Shown piece after piece: positions 36,647-46,683 of a stretch of DNA of 64,000 nucleotides. The stretch's first letter is position 1. Each line of letters opens with the position of its first letter. The DNA is taken from NCBI GenBank assembly GCA_963743885.1, contig CAVURJ010000001.1:355173-419172 (forward strand), in the 5' to 3' direction. The notes under the pieces are model-generated. The model saw only the letters and a program-made list of their open reading frames with translations. It was not told the DNA's origin and did not search any database. The translations under genes were made by a program, and so were the position numbers. Origin of the DNA: Candidatus Moraniibacteriota bacterium. Lineage in GTDB: Bacteria > Patescibacteriota > Minisyncoccia > Moranbacterales > UBA1568.

Positions 36647-39166
36647 ATGGAGGGATTCGACTATAATACGGTATTCGTGCCGCTGGCCTGGGTGCTTGCC
36701 TGTGTAGCGCTCGGCAGCGGAATATTTCTGATTCTCAGGAGCTTTTTTCGTTTCCGCTACCAGGTGAACCAGTCGATTGCAATGGATATCGAGCTGGTCC
36801 GTGTCGTGAAGCCGGTGATTCAGTCGGAAGTTCAGACGTCGAAAGAGGCTTGGAAGGAAGAAGTGCTTGTCATGGAGAAACTGTTTGCGGCTATGGCATC
36901 CTTCAAACGGAGCGCGAGTCCGATGAAGCGGTTTTTCTATGAGACGCCGACAATCGTGCTTGAGATGGCTCAGCCGGCGGGAAGTGAGGAGATACTCTTT
37001 TTCATCGCGATGCCGAAGAAGTTCCGTGATGGTATCGAGAAGCAGGTACATAGCTTTTTTCCTGGCGCGGTCATCGAGAAGATGGCTGATTATACGATTT
37101 TCTCACCAGGGAGCGCGACCGCGCTCTCGATGCTTGGGCTCAAGTCCGATTCAGCATTGCCGCTTCGTACATATAATGCGTTCGGGACTGATTCGCTCGA
37201 TGAGTTCGCGAGCGCGATGAGTAAGCTTGATACCAGCGATGAAGGCGCGGCAATCCAAGTCGTCTTAGCTCCGTGCCATGAGAACGGATGGCGCAAGCAT
37301 GCGAAAGAGATCGCTCGGCGCATGCAGCAGGGGAAACGGCTCAAGGAAGCCGCGGAACATCCGAGTTCATCCGGGTCAGCATTTCTTACAGGTGTCGCTA
37401 AGGGTGTGGTAAAAGAAGCGGCTGGAGCAGCGACTTTCGGTGTCGTCGGAAAGAAGTCTGATTCTACCAAGCCAGATGCTGAAGAGAAAGTTGTCTCTCT
37501 CACTCCCGAAGAGCAGGAAACGCTCAAGGCGATCGAGACGAAAGCGGCAAGCCCGGCTTTCCGGGTGAATATTCGGTTGCTTACGTCTGCTCGGACGGAG
37601 GCGCGTGCGGAAGAGCTTCTTGGTCAGCTTGAGACGGCGTTCACGCAGTTTGATCACCCGGAAGTGAATACGCTCCAGGTGAAGCGTCGAGTGAAGAAGA
37701 AGCAGGCTGCCTTTGATTATATCTTCCGCAATTTCGACGAAGAGATGTCGATGACACTGTCTTCTGAGGAGATTGCAAGCATCTTCCATTTCCCGATATC
37801 GGTGACAGAGACGCCCAAGATCAAGTGGCTCAAGTCGGGTGCTGCCGCTCCGCCAATCAATATTCCGAAGGAAGGCCTCCTGCTCGGCTATAACGAGTAT
37901 CGCGGCATCAAGTCGGAGATCCGCATCACGGATAATGACCGTCGTCGACATATGTATGTCATCGGTCAGACCGGTGTCGGCAAGTCGAACTATCTCCAGG
38001 AGATGGCTAAGAAGGATGCTCAGGCCGGCAAAGGATTCTGTTTTATTGATCCGCATGGCGATGCTATCGAAGATATCCTAACTGCTATTCCGAAAGAGCG
38101 CGCGGAAGATGTGATTATTTTCGACCCATCGGACATGGCTCGGCCAATCGGTATCAATATGCTTGAATACGATCCGGCGCATCCGGAACAGAAGACGTTC
38201 GTCATCAACGAGATGATCGGCATCTTCGACCAGCTCTACGATATGAAGGCGACCGGCGGACCGATGTTCGAGCAGTATATGCGCAATGCCATGCTACTCA
38301 TCATGGAGGATCCGGAGAGCGGATCGACGCTGCTTGAGATCTCTAAGGTGCTCTCGGATGAGGATTTCCGCCGGTACAAGCTCTCGAAGTGCACGAACCC
38401 GATTGTCCGCGACTTCTGGATCAAGGAGGCGGAGAAGGCCGGCGGTGAGGCGGCGCTCGCCAATATGGTGCCGTACATTACGTCCAAACTCACGACGTTC
38501 ATTTCGAACGACATGATGCGTCCAATCATTGCGCAGCAGAAGAGCGCGCTTGATTTTCGCGCCATCATGGACGGCCGGAAGATCCTCCTTATCAACCTTT
38601 CCAAGGGCAAGATTGGCGAGATTAATGCCAAACTGCTCGGTATGGTCGTCGTCGGCAAGATCCTCATGGCAGCACTTTCCCGCGTCGATATGCCAGAAGC
38701 TGAGCGTGAGGATTTCTATCTCTATCTTGATGAATTCCAGAACGTGACGACGAATTCGATTGCGCAGATCCTCTCTGAGGCGCGCAAGTACCATCTCTGC
38801 CTCATCTTGGCGCACCAGTTCATCGGGCAGCTCAAAGAGGAGATCTCCAAGGCAGTCTTCGGCAACGTGGGATCGCTCTGCTCGTTCCGCGTCGGTCCGG
38901 AAGACGCTGAGTTCCTTGAGAAGCAGTTTGAGCCGGTCTTCACGGCGAATGATATTGTCAATGTTGATAACTATAACTTCTTCGCGCGGCTGCTCATGAA
39001 CAACGAGTTGACCAAGCCGTTCAATATGAAGACATATCCGCCGACCCATGGCGATCAGGAGGTGGCCAATGCGTTCAAGGAGCTTTCCCGTCTGCGGTAC
39101 GGCCGCGATACCGATATCGTTAATCGGGAGATCATGAGCCGCATCCGTCTCGCTGAAGGAGCGTAG
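36647..39166 (+). CDS. membrane-anchored P-loop ATPase of the VirD4/TraD-HerA/FtsK superfamily (type IV secretion coupling-protein-like)
   Basis: N-terminal TM helix, Walker A GQTGVGKS, Walker B region LYLDEFQN, then ARKYHLCLILAHQ, typical of TraG/TraD/DUF87 ATPases. Confidence 0.6.
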   Translation: MEGFDYNTVFVPLAWVLACVALGSGIFLILRSFFRFRYQVNQSIAMDIELVRVVKPVIQSEVQTSKEAWKEEVLVMEKLFAAMASFKRSASPMKRFFYETPTIVLEMAQPAGSEEILFFIAMPKKFRDGIEKQVHSFFPGAVIEKMADYTIFSPGSATALSMLGLKSDSALPLRTYNAFGTDSLDEFASAMSKLDTSDEGAAIQVVLAPCHENGWRKHAKEIARRMQQGKRLKEAAEHPSSSGSAFLTGVAKGVVKEAAGAATFGVVGKKSDSTKPDAEEKVVSLTPEEQETLKAIETKAASPAFRVNIRLLTSARTEARAEELLGQLETAFTQFDHPEVNTLQVKRRVKKKQAAFDYIFRNFDEEMSMTLSSEEIASIFHFPISVTETPKIKWLKSGAAAPPINIPKEGLLLGYNEYRGIKSEIRITDNDRRRHMYVIGQTGVGKSNYLQEMAKKDAQAGKGFCFIDPHGDAIEDILTAIPKERAEDVIIFDPSDMARPIGINMLEYDPAHPEQKTFVINEMIGIFDQLYDMKATGGPMFEQYMRNAMLLIMEDPESGSTLLEISKVLSDEDFRRYKLSKCTNPIVRDFWIKEAEKAGGEAALANMVPYITSKLTTFISNDMMRPIIAQQKSALDFRAIMDGRKILLINLSKGKIGEINAKLLGMVVVGKILMAALSRVDMPEAEREDFYLYLDEFQNVTTNSIAQILSEARKYHLCLILAHQFIGQLKEEISKAVFGNVGSLCSFRVGPEDAEFLEKQFEPVFTANDIVNVDNYNFFARLLMNNELTKPFNMKTYPPTHGDQEVANAFKELSRLRYGRDTDIVNREIMSRIRLAEGA

Positions 39167-39241
39167 TGGAAAGATGAGATATCAATCGGGTATGAAAAAG
39201 CCTCTCCGAGTGGAGAGGCTTTTGGTTTTCAGCGGGTTTTC

Positions 39242-41854
39242 TTATGGCTTTAGGGAGAAGAGTGTATCTTCGGCGGCGATGAGGAGTTCGTCAGTCTCCT
39301 CGTTCCAAGTGATCGATCGAGCGCCCTTCAGCTGTTCTCCGAAGTATTGTGTCTCGATGGCACCGTCCTTGTTCCAGATGATGATGCGCCCTGAGACAGT
39401 GTCGAGGGCGTAGGCGGCGCTCACATCAGAACGGCTCGCGATGCTCGTGATAGAGAGAGGGGTGTGAGTCGTTTCGAGGTCTTTATCGGGACGGCCGCGG
39501 AAGAATCTCTTGAGAGATGCCCCATCAGACGAAGCGAAGATGCTTTCGCTGACTGCCATGCGGGCATGTTCGTCTGTTGTCAGGCTCTCACGGAGCCAGG
39601 ATGCGGGCGTTCCGAATCCGCCATCGGCGCGGGGGAAGCGATAGATCTGCCCGCTCATTCCGTCGAGAGTGTAGAGGTAGGTGAGATAGGTGCCGATGCT
39701 CTGTACGCGGGCTCCTTGCGGGAGGGTAAGGGTATTCTCAGCGAAGGTTCGGCTGATCGGGCTCCAGGCGAAGAGCTTTCCTTGGTCGGTATAGAGGAAG
39801 ATGAGCCGTAAGTCATCCATAGGTGTAGAGAGGACGACCTGCCCACTTCCTGAAGGGATCTGGTATTCCCGGTCTCCGGAGATATCGTAGATACTCTGGG
39901 AAGAGATGGCATATGCTTGGCCGTGGAGCGTTACGGCATCCGTGATGCCGTTTCGTCGCAAGATCGTTGTCAGAGCGTTGAGCTGCTTTGCATTCTTTTC
40001 TTCGACATAGGCCGGTGCAGCAGCTGTTTCGGCTGGTTCTGGTGCTGGCGCGGATACTGATTCCGGGGTGTCATTAGAAAGCAGAGCGAAGGTTCCGGCC
40101 GCTCCGAGGAGCGCCAGGGATGATCCGAGGACAATCAAGCGTCGTTTCGGCGGGAGCGCAGATAGGGCTGAGACGGACTTTTTTGCGGTTTTCAGGGTAT
40201 TTCGGAGAAGCTGTCCACCAAGCTTGGTCGTCGTCGATGCGACTGAAGCAGCGACCGGTCGGACGGATCGGAATACGGATGAGACGATAAGGACAGCCTT
40301 TTCGGAAATCGGCGTGACGCTGATAACTGCTGTCTCGTGGACCTCGATAGTAGCTGTTTCTGGACTTGGTTGCGCGGATTGGGCGTGTTCCTTTCGGTAG
40401 AAGGCGGCGAGCTTTTCGCGTATGAAAAGAGGGATCTCGACTTCTTCGGGTATCGGCGCTGTCGGAGGAGCGATGGGAGTGGTAGGTGACGGTTGTTCTG
40501 GTGCCGGACGGATCGCGTCGAGAGGCGGCGCTACTGGAGGGGTGGTCGCGGCTATCGGAGGCTTCGTTTCTATGGTGAGCGCCCGCTGCTCGTCTTGTTC
40601 TTTCCTGATTCGCTTGCGGTTTGCCAAGCACCGTCGGAATGCTGCAAACATCCGGTCAGCTGCTGATTGCATCGACTCGGTCGATTCAGCGAGAGCGATT
40701 GCGGATTGTTTCCGCATCTTGCGGAACCATTTTGATTGCGTTCCGACTGATGCGCGGAGCGAAGCGCCGATTTCTTGAGAGAAGAGAGAGAGACGTTCGA
40801 GAGCAGGGTGGGCAGCCGGTTCTATAGGATCGTTTCCTTGTACATAGATGTGCCCGGTTTTGGAATCTATATATTCGCTTTGCGGCTCTTCTGCTGCCGA
40901 GGCATCTTTTTCTGTTTCTGCTTGCGCTTCAGAGGCTTTTTTAGAAAAAGCCGACTGACTGAAGACATTTTGGATAGTGGAGGCTGCCCGGACCGGCTCA
41001 GGCTTCTTTTCTGGAGCTTTTTTCGGAGCTTGGGTGCCTTCCTTGATATGCATGACGATCGTTCCGGCCATGTCGAGCTCGTTGACGAGAGCGGTTTTCA
41101 GGAATTGATCGAACTGCCCTTCGTCCATGCGGAGCGCGTTCTTGATGAGATCCTCCTGCGAGAAGAGCCTGAGGAGTTCTGGAGAAGAGAAAATGATGCG
41201 ATCGCCAGCAAGCAGCCGGCCGCTGGAGATCTCTATGAATGTCTTGATAGGATGGACCGATGCCTCGTCGGACGCCAATCCTTCGCCGATGTCAGTCAGC
41301 GTATCATTGCGGAGAAGAAGGATGCTGCCTTGGCCGGTGGCGGAAAAATGCATGCCGCCTTTCTCGAAGGCGCCAATGACACCATGGAAGCTGCCGAGCC
41401 AGGCGACGTTGCCGTGCTTGACGAGCTCGGCCAATGCGAGGTTCACCTTATGGAGAGCCGCTTCGAAGCTTTCGACGGCGCCACGTCGTGGGTTGCCGAA
41501 ATATTCCTTCTTAGCAACTGAGGCTAGGAAGTTGACGATGTACGCGGAATCCTCGCTCCGCTCGTCTACTTCGAAGACACCGACAAGCGTCCCGAGGTCG
41601 AGGGAGGAGACGTTCTCGCCGCTCTGGATGAATGTCTTCACGAACGGCTCAAAAGATCGTCCGCGAGCGACGAGGATTTCTGTGGGGAATTTTTCAAGCA
41701 CGGTCGATTGGCCGTTTTTTTCCGAAGATTTCTTTTCGTGCATAGCGGGCATTTCCGGTGCCGGACCGATTTTCGTATCCAGCGGAACGCGCAGAAAAAT
41801 TGGATTTCTGCCGGTCATCCGTTCTCTCATAGTATAGCATACAAAAGCTCTCAT
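39242..41854 (-). CDS. large hypothetical membrane protein (N-terminal domain with weak PP2C/SpoIIE-like features, Pro-rich linker, TM segment, C-terminal beta-rich domain)
   Basis: 870-aa ORF; domain assignment is low confidence. Confidence 0.5.
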   Translation of the reverse strand: MRAFVCYTMRERMTGRNPIFLRVPLDTKIGPAPEMPAMHEKKSSEKNGQSTVLEKFPTEILVARGRSFEPFVKTFIQSGENVSSLDLGTLVGVFEVDERSEDSAYIVNFLASVAKKEYFGNPRRGAVESFEAALHKVNLALAELVKHGNVAWLGSFHGVIGAFEKGGMHFSATGQGSILLLRNDTLTDIGEGLASDEASVHPIKTFIEISSGRLLAGDRIIFSSPELLRLFSQEDLIKNALRMDEGQFDQFLKTALVNELDMAGTIVMHIKEGTQAPKKAPEKKPEPVRAASTIQNVFSQSAFSKKASEAQAETEKDASAAEEPQSEYIDSKTGHIYVQGNDPIEPAAHPALERLSLFSQEIGASLRASVGTQSKWFRKMRKQSAIALAESTESMQSAADRMFAAFRRCLANRKRIRKEQDEQRALTIETKPPIAATTPPVAPPLDAIRPAPEQPSPTTPIAPPTAPIPEEVEIPLFIREKLAAFYRKEHAQSAQPSPETATIEVHETAVISVTPISEKAVLIVSSVFRSVRPVAASVASTTTKLGGQLLRNTLKTAKKSVSALSALPPKRRLIVLGSSLALLGAAGTFALLSNDTPESVSAPAPEPAETAAAPAYVEEKNAKQLNALTTILRRNGITDAVTLHGQAYAISSQSIYDISGDREYQIPSGSGQVVLSTPMDDLRLIFLYTDQGKLFAWSPISRTFAENTLTLPQGARVQSIGTYLTYLYTLDGMSGQIYRFPRADGGFGTPASWLRESLTTDEHARMAVSESIFASSDGASLKRFFRGRPDKDLETTHTPLSITSIASRSDVSAAYALDTVSGRIIIWNKDGAIETQYFGEQLKGARSITWNEETDELLIAAEDTLFSLKP

Positions 41855-41905
41855 TGGAGAGCTTTTTCGGTGGTTTTGGCATCACTTGCCGTCCAGGGAC
41901 GGTTT

Positions 41906-41934
41906 TTGACTTTTCTATCGGGTTTTCCTATACT
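41906..41934 (+). promoter_or_regulatory. sigma70-like promoter TTGACT-17-TATACT
   Basis: consensus spacing; 40 nt upstream of ORF 41976. Confidence 0.55.
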
Positions 41935-41975
41935 TCCGTGTAGTATCCCGTCCTAACCATAATTCCTGTCTTCCT

Positions 41976-42581
41976 ATGTCGCTTGCATTGTTTGATACGC
42001 TGTTTGGATCGAAAGCCCGTGCCCGCCTCATCAGATTCTTCATTCTTAATCCCGGTGCTGAATTTACGGCAGCTCAGGTCGCTGAGAGGACGCTTGTTTC
42101 TAGGACGGAAGTTTCGAGAGAGCTCGCCCGACTGGTCAAGATGAAACTTATCTTTGAGCGGGCACGCAAGAATCGGAAGCATTTCATTGTGAATGAGGAT
42201 TTCCCGTTCTTCATCGAGTTGAAGAGCCTGGTGTCGAAGCTCAATGTCCATGCTCAGTCGCAGGTGTTCCGAAAATTGAAGATCATTGGCGAAGTGAAGC
42301 TCATTCTGATCAGCGGCCTCTTCCTCAACTATCCCAAGAGCAAGGTCGACATGATCCTGGTCGTGAACAATGTTAACCGGACCAAGCTCAAGCATGCGAT
42401 CGCTCATCTTGAGGCTGAGGTCGGTAAGGAGATTCGCTTCATGCTTATGAACAACGAGGAGCTGCACTATCGGCTCAATATGCTCGACCGTTTCTTCATC
42501 GAGTTCCTTGAAGCGCCGTATGAGGAAGTGACCAACAAAGTGCCAGAGCTCAAGCGGTTCGTGGCAGGGCTCAAGAAGTAG
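41976..42581 (+). CDS. hypothetical protein with N-terminal winged-HTH-like segment
   Basis: 201 aa; LIRFFILNPGAEFTAAQVAERTLVSRTEVSRELARL resembles ArsR/MarR-type HTH. Confidence 0.45.
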   Translation: MSLALFDTLFGSKARARLIRFFILNPGAEFTAAQVAERTLVSRTEVSRELARLVKMKLIFERARKNRKHFIVNEDFPFFIELKSLVSKLNVHAQSQVFRKLKIIGEVKLILISGLFLNYPKSKVDMILVVNNVNRTKLKHAIAHLEAEVGKEIRFMLMNNEELHYRLNMLDRFFIEFLEAPYEEVTNKVPELKRFVAGLKK

Positions 42582-42679
42582 CTTAGTGGAATTCCTAATA
42601 TCACACTTCTAATCTTTAGGGATTAAGACATTGGGATCTTCGTTAGGAATTAGAAATTAGATATTAGAAATTTGAAAGT

Positions 42680-43780
42680 ATGCTTACGGGGGCGCTCATT
42701 TTTTTGGGAATCGTAATAGCTGGCCTGCTCTTGTGGCTGGCTTTTTCTTTCCGTCGGCAGCCGATCGCTCCTGATCAGGGGCTCACAGAGCTGCGCGCGC
42801 AGCTTGATGTTTCGGCACGGCGTTCCGATGAGCGGCTGCAGATGGTGGCCAATACGCTCAATCAGCAGCTCGCGGCCTTTCAACACACGCTTGACCGTCG
42901 GCTCGATGATAGCGGCAAGCGCCTCGATGAGCGCCTCGATGCGGCTTCGCGATCGTATGCGGATGTCCAGAAGAGCCTTTCGGAGATGCATCAGTCGAGC
43001 GCGCGCATCCTCGAAGTCGGCAAGGAGGTGGCTTCGCTCCAGGAGATCCTCAAGGCACCGAAGATTCGTGGTGGTTTCGGCGAGCTCATGCTCAAGGATC
43101 TGCTTATGCAGATGTTGCCGAAGGAGAATTTCGTCCTGCAGTACGCCTTCAAGAGCGGCGAGGCAGTGGATGCGCTCATCCGATTGAAGGATGCTTCCGT
43201 CAGCGTCGATTCCAAGTTTCCGCTCGAGAATTTCCGCCGCGTGATTGAAGCCAAGACTGATGACGAACGAAAGGTCGCGAGGAGGCAGTTTTATACCGAT
43301 GTGAAGAAGCATGTCGATGCTATTGCGTCCAAATACATCGTGCCGGAAGAAGGAACGCTCGATTTCGCGCTCATGTATATTCCGGCTGAGAACGTTTATT
43401 ACGAAATCATCATCAAGGATGAGGATGGCCAGGGTCTGATCAACTATCTCGCACAGAAGCGGGTCATGCCGGTCTCGCCCAATTCGTTCTACGCCTATAT
43501 GCGCACTATCCTTTTCGGGCTGCAGGGGCTTCAGATCGAGAAGCGGGCCAAGGAGATCATGGGGCAGCTTGAGAGGCTCGCGAGGATGTATGAACGGTTC
43601 GAGAAGGAATTCGACGTGCTCGGCAGCCATATCGGCAATGCGCATAAGAAGTATGAGGACGCCGAGAAGCATCTCCGTCGTGTTGGTGACCAGCTGGAGC
43701 ATTCCCGGCTCGGTCTTGGGCAGGGATCAGCGGCCTTGCTGGACGGTGATGAGGTAGTATCTGGAGACGAACACCTATGA
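42680..43780 (+). CDS. rmuC: DNA recombination protein RmuC
   Basis: N-terminal TM segment, long coiled coil, and C-terminal RmuC nuclease-like region ([14 protein letters not shown]). Confidence 0.75.
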   Translation: MLTGALIFLGIVIAGLLLWLAFSFRRQPIAPDQGLTELRAQLDVSARRSDERLQMVANTLNQQLAAFQHTLDRRLDDSGKRLDERLDAASRSYADVQKSLSEMHQSSARILEVGKEVASLQEILKAPKIRGGFGELMLKDLLMQMLPKENFVLQYAFKSGEAVDALIRLKDASVSVDSKFPLENFRRVIEAKTDDERKVARRQFYTDVKKHVDAIASKYIVPEEGTLDFALMYIPAENVYYEIIIKDEDGQGLINYLAQKRVMPVSPNSFYAYMRTILFGLQGLQIEKRAKEIMGQLERLARMYERFEKEFDVLGSHIGNAHKKYEDAEKHLRRVGDQLEHSRLGLGQGSAALLDGDEVVSGDEHL

Positions 43781-44181
43781 TATCGGAAACGCCGGGAGGA
43801 TTGATGTGGGAGCGGGATATCGCCGAATCCGAGCAGGGAGTCGGCTTTTTCGGCAATGCGATCATCCGTACGCTGCTTATCCTTTCTGTCATCGTGATCA
43901 TCGCGCTCACTGGCATCCTCGTCTGGGCTGTCAGTCCGACGGAAAATCTTATCATTCTCCATTACAGCGTCTATTTCGGCGTTGATATGCTCGGGGCTTG
44001 GTGGCAGGCGTATCTCGCTCCTGTCTTGGCTACGCTGTTCCTTTTTGGCCATCTGCTGCTCGCGAAGTATTTTTATAATCATTCGGAGCGTATCGCCGCG
44101 TATTTGCTCATGCTGTCTGCTGGGTGGATAGCGGCAGGGGCGTTGGTTTCGGGTGCAAGCATCGCGTTCATCAACTATTGA
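43777..44181 (+). CDS. hypothetical membrane protein
   Basis: 134 aa with 3-4 predicted TM helices; 4-nt overlap with rmuC. Confidence 0.5.
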   Translation: MISETPGGLMWERDIAESEQGVGFFGNAIIRTLLILSVIVIIALTGILVWAVSPTENLIILHYSVYFGVDMLGAWWQAYLAPVLATLFLFGHLLLAKYFYNHSERIAAYLLMLSAGWIAAGALVSGASIAFINY

Positions 44182-44184
44182 TAT

Positions 44185-45231
44185 ATGATGCGCTGGGAAC
44201 TCTTCTTGCCGCCATTCCTGACAGCATTCGTCCTGACGGCAGGGCTGATCCTTATGTTTCTGCTTGTGCCGTTCTTCAAGCGGGAGGCGTGGCGGATCGG
44301 GAAACGCCATGGTCGGAAGCAGTCGCTTTCACGGCTCGGAGGACTCGCTATGCTGCTCGCTTTCCTTGTGACAGTGGCGATGGATCCACACCTCGTCCTC
44401 TCCAAAGAGCTGCTTGGTCTCTTCGTCGGGTCAATCTTTGTGCTCGGTTTCGGGCTCTGGGACGATCTTTCGGAGCTTAGCTGGAAGGTTCAAGTTTTCC
44501 TCCAAGTGTCGCTCGCCGTCATCATCTTCGTCTTCGGCATCAGGATCATCTCGATTCCGGACCTTTCCGGCGGTGCCTGGTTCTTTCCAGTGGACGGGAT
44601 GATCCTCCCAGCCTTCCTCTTGCTGCTCGCCTGGCTCATGCTGGTCATGAATTCCATGAATTGGCTCGATGGGCTCGATGGACTTTCCGGTGGGGTCGCG
44701 ACGGTTACGCTTACGACAGTCTTCTTTCTTAGCCTCAAGCCGGAAGTGAACCAGCCAGCCATCGCTATCCTCGCCGCTATCGGTATGGGCGCGGCGCTCG
44801 GTTTTCTGCTTTTCAACGCGTATCCTGCTCGAATCATGGCGGGGACGGCTGGATCGATGTTTCTCGGCTTCCTTATCACGGCGCTTTCAGTGATTGCCGG
44901 TACCAAGATCGCTACGGCATTACTCGTCCTTGCGCTGCCGGTCGCCGATGCCCTCTGGGTGATCGGAGAGCGTCTCCGCGCTGGCGTCTCGGCGTTTCAT
45001 GCCGATGAGCGGCACCTGCATTACCGTCTCCGGAAGCTCGGCTGGTCAGAGGGATACATCACTGCCACTTTTTTTTCCGTGACGCTCGCTATCGCCCCGA
45101 TCGCGCTCTTTACGAGATCGTTTGGTAAGCTTATCGCGTTCACTCTTGTTTCGGCAGCTATCTTCCTTTTCCTCTTCTTGGTCGGCAGGAAGGTGAAGCG
45201 TCTGGAAGCGGAATCCAATCATGAAGCATGA
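44185..45231 (+). CDS. polyprenyl-phosphate N-acetylhexosamine-1-phosphate transferase (MraY/WecA family)
   Basis: NSMNWLDGLDGLSGG motif diagnostic of MraY/WecA-family transferases. Confidence 0.85.
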   Translation: MMRWELFLPPFLTAFVLTAGLILMFLLVPFFKREAWRIGKRHGRKQSLSRLGGLAMLLAFLVTVAMDPHLVLSKELLGLFVGSIFVLGFGLWDDLSELSWKVQVFLQVSLAVIIFVFGIRIISIPDLSGGAWFFPVDGMILPAFLLLLAWLMLVMNSMNWLDGLDGLSGGVATVTLTTVFFLSLKPEVNQPAIAILAAIGMGAALGFLLFNAYPARIMAGTAGSMFLGFLITALSVIAGTKIATALLVLALPVADALWVIGERLRAGVSAFHADERHLHYRLRKLGWSEGYITATFFSVTLAIAPIALFTRSFGKLIAFTLVSAAIFLFLFLVGRKVKRLEAESNHEA

Positions 45232-45234
45232 GGT

Positions 45235-45699
45235 ATGATGCGGAAACTATGGAACAGAAAAACGATAATCATTCCTGTGGCAGCGATGTTTTTGCTCGCC
45301 TGCGGATTGTTGGTAGTTTTTTTGTATCAGGAGACGGATGTTCCGCACGCGAAGGGGAATTCCGTGTCGATAGTTGGGAAAGAATATACTCTCGAGATTG
45401 CTGATACGGATAATGAGCGTTCGTTCGGTCTCGGTGAGCGTGATAGTCTCTGTTCGTCGTGTGCGATGCTCTTTGTCTTCGATCGGCCGGCTGCGTATGC
45501 CTTCTGGATGAAGGGGATGCGTTTCCCGATCGATATCGTCTGGCTGTTGGGCGGCGAAGTCGTCCATATCGAGCGGCGTATCCCGGCAGATGCGCGTTCT
45601 ATCTATACGCCAGCTCGACCGGCGGACCGGGTACTCGAGTTCAATGCCGGAGCCACGGATGGCTTGTTCGTCGGGGATAAGGTGGAATCTTTGCCGTAA
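45235..45699 (+). CDS. DUF192 domain protein
   Basis: LEIADTDNERSFGLGERDSL...FWMKGMRFPIDIVWL matches the COG1430/DUF192 core. Confidence 0.7.
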   Translation: MMRKLWNRKTIIIPVAAMFLLACGLLVVFLYQETDVPHAKGNSVSIVGKEYTLEIADTDNERSFGLGERDSLCSSCAMLFVFDRPAAYAFWMKGMRFPIDIVWLLGGEVVHIERRIPADARSIYTPARPADRVLEFNAGATDGLFVGDKVESLP

Positions 45700-45720
45700 A
45701 AAATCCTTTTTAGGGAAACA

Positions 45721-45750
45721 AAAAGCCCCCATTTGGGGGTTTTTTGTTTT
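45721..45750. terminator. bidirectional rho-independent terminator
   Basis: aaagcccccatttgggggttttttgtttt; A-run upstream and T-run downstream serve both the plus gene 45235 and the minus gene 45773. Confidence 0.75.
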
Positions 45751-45772
45751 GAACCGAAAGAATCGAAGGCAA

Positions 45773-45898
45773 TTACTTGCGCTTCGCAGTCTTCTTCGCC
45801 GCCTTCTTCTTGGCGACCTTCTTCACGGTCTTCTTCACGGCCTTCTTTGCGACCTTCTTCTTGGTCACCTTCTTTGCCGCCTTTTTCTTAGCTGCCAT
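45773..45898 (-). CDS. 41-aa lysine-rich basic protein (histone H1/Hc1-like)
   Basis: not in the ORF track (under 60 aa); minus-strand translation MAAKKKAAKKVTKKKVAKKAVKKTVKKVAKKKAAKKTAKRK; strong RBS (GAAGGAGGAGGTG) just upstream. Confidence 0.6.
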   Translation of the reverse strand: MAAKKKAAKKVTKKKVAKKAVKKTVKKVAKKKAAKKTAKRK

Positions 45899-46305
45899 AA
45901 TGATCACCTCCTCCTTCTTCCTTCTCCGATCACACGTTCTCCATACGTTCATGGATGCGTCCGCCGTGAGAAGATTTAATTTTTTGTTTCACGACACAGA
46001 TGTTTTTGTGCGTGATACAGAAAAATTTTTCTGTACATTTTTATTATACACTCTTTTTAGAAAAAGCAAAGAGAAAATAAATATATGTCAACCCTGTTAG
46101 AGATATGAGTTGAGATATTTTTATTATGAAATGAAATATGCGAGTAGTGAGTGGATTGCGCGCAGATTTTTTTAAATAGTTTGTATGGCATCAGTCTTGT
46201 TGCGCGCTTCGTGTACGGTCATCATCGGAACATCAGTCGATGTATCCGTGTCGTATGATGATATGCAGATGAAGGATAAGATCTTGATGTGATTTTTTTC
46301 GAGAG

Positions 46306-46325
46306 AATTTCTCGCGCGAGAAATT
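46306..46325. promoter_or_regulatory. perfect 20-bp palindrome AATTTCTCGCGCGAGAAATT (operator-like) in a long noncoding region
   Basis: exact reverse-complement symmetry; about 230 nt upstream of the promoter at 46531. Confidence 0.45.
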
Positions 46326-46530
46326 TCAACGATGATTTTCATGCGATGTAAGAATCCTTTCGTGCAGATGAGGAGGATCCGGTGTGTGATGCGAGATCAC
46401 CCGGCTATCGCGCGTTCTTTCTTGCCATTTGCACTGGCACTAGCCGTCTCTAGACCGGACATCGCGTATTTTTTCACAAAAACAGCTCAAAAGAGGCTTC
46501 ATTAAGCTGAAAATGAGACGTTTTGTCCAG

Positions 46531-46559
46531 TTGACAGCCATTTTTCGCAGACGTACTAT
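46531..46559 (+). promoter_or_regulatory. sigma70-like promoter TTGACA-17-TACTAT
   Basis: consensus hexamers and spacing; about 125-nt leader before ORF 46684. Confidence 0.6.
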
Positions 46560-46683
46560 GGAGAGACGGGGGGTCGATAATGGCTTCAACGCAAGCGTAC
46601 TTTTAAAATCATCATGATTCTATCGGGAGAATCATTCCGATTTTTTCGATAGCGTCTAAAACTAGGAAGAGAGGTGAATATTC

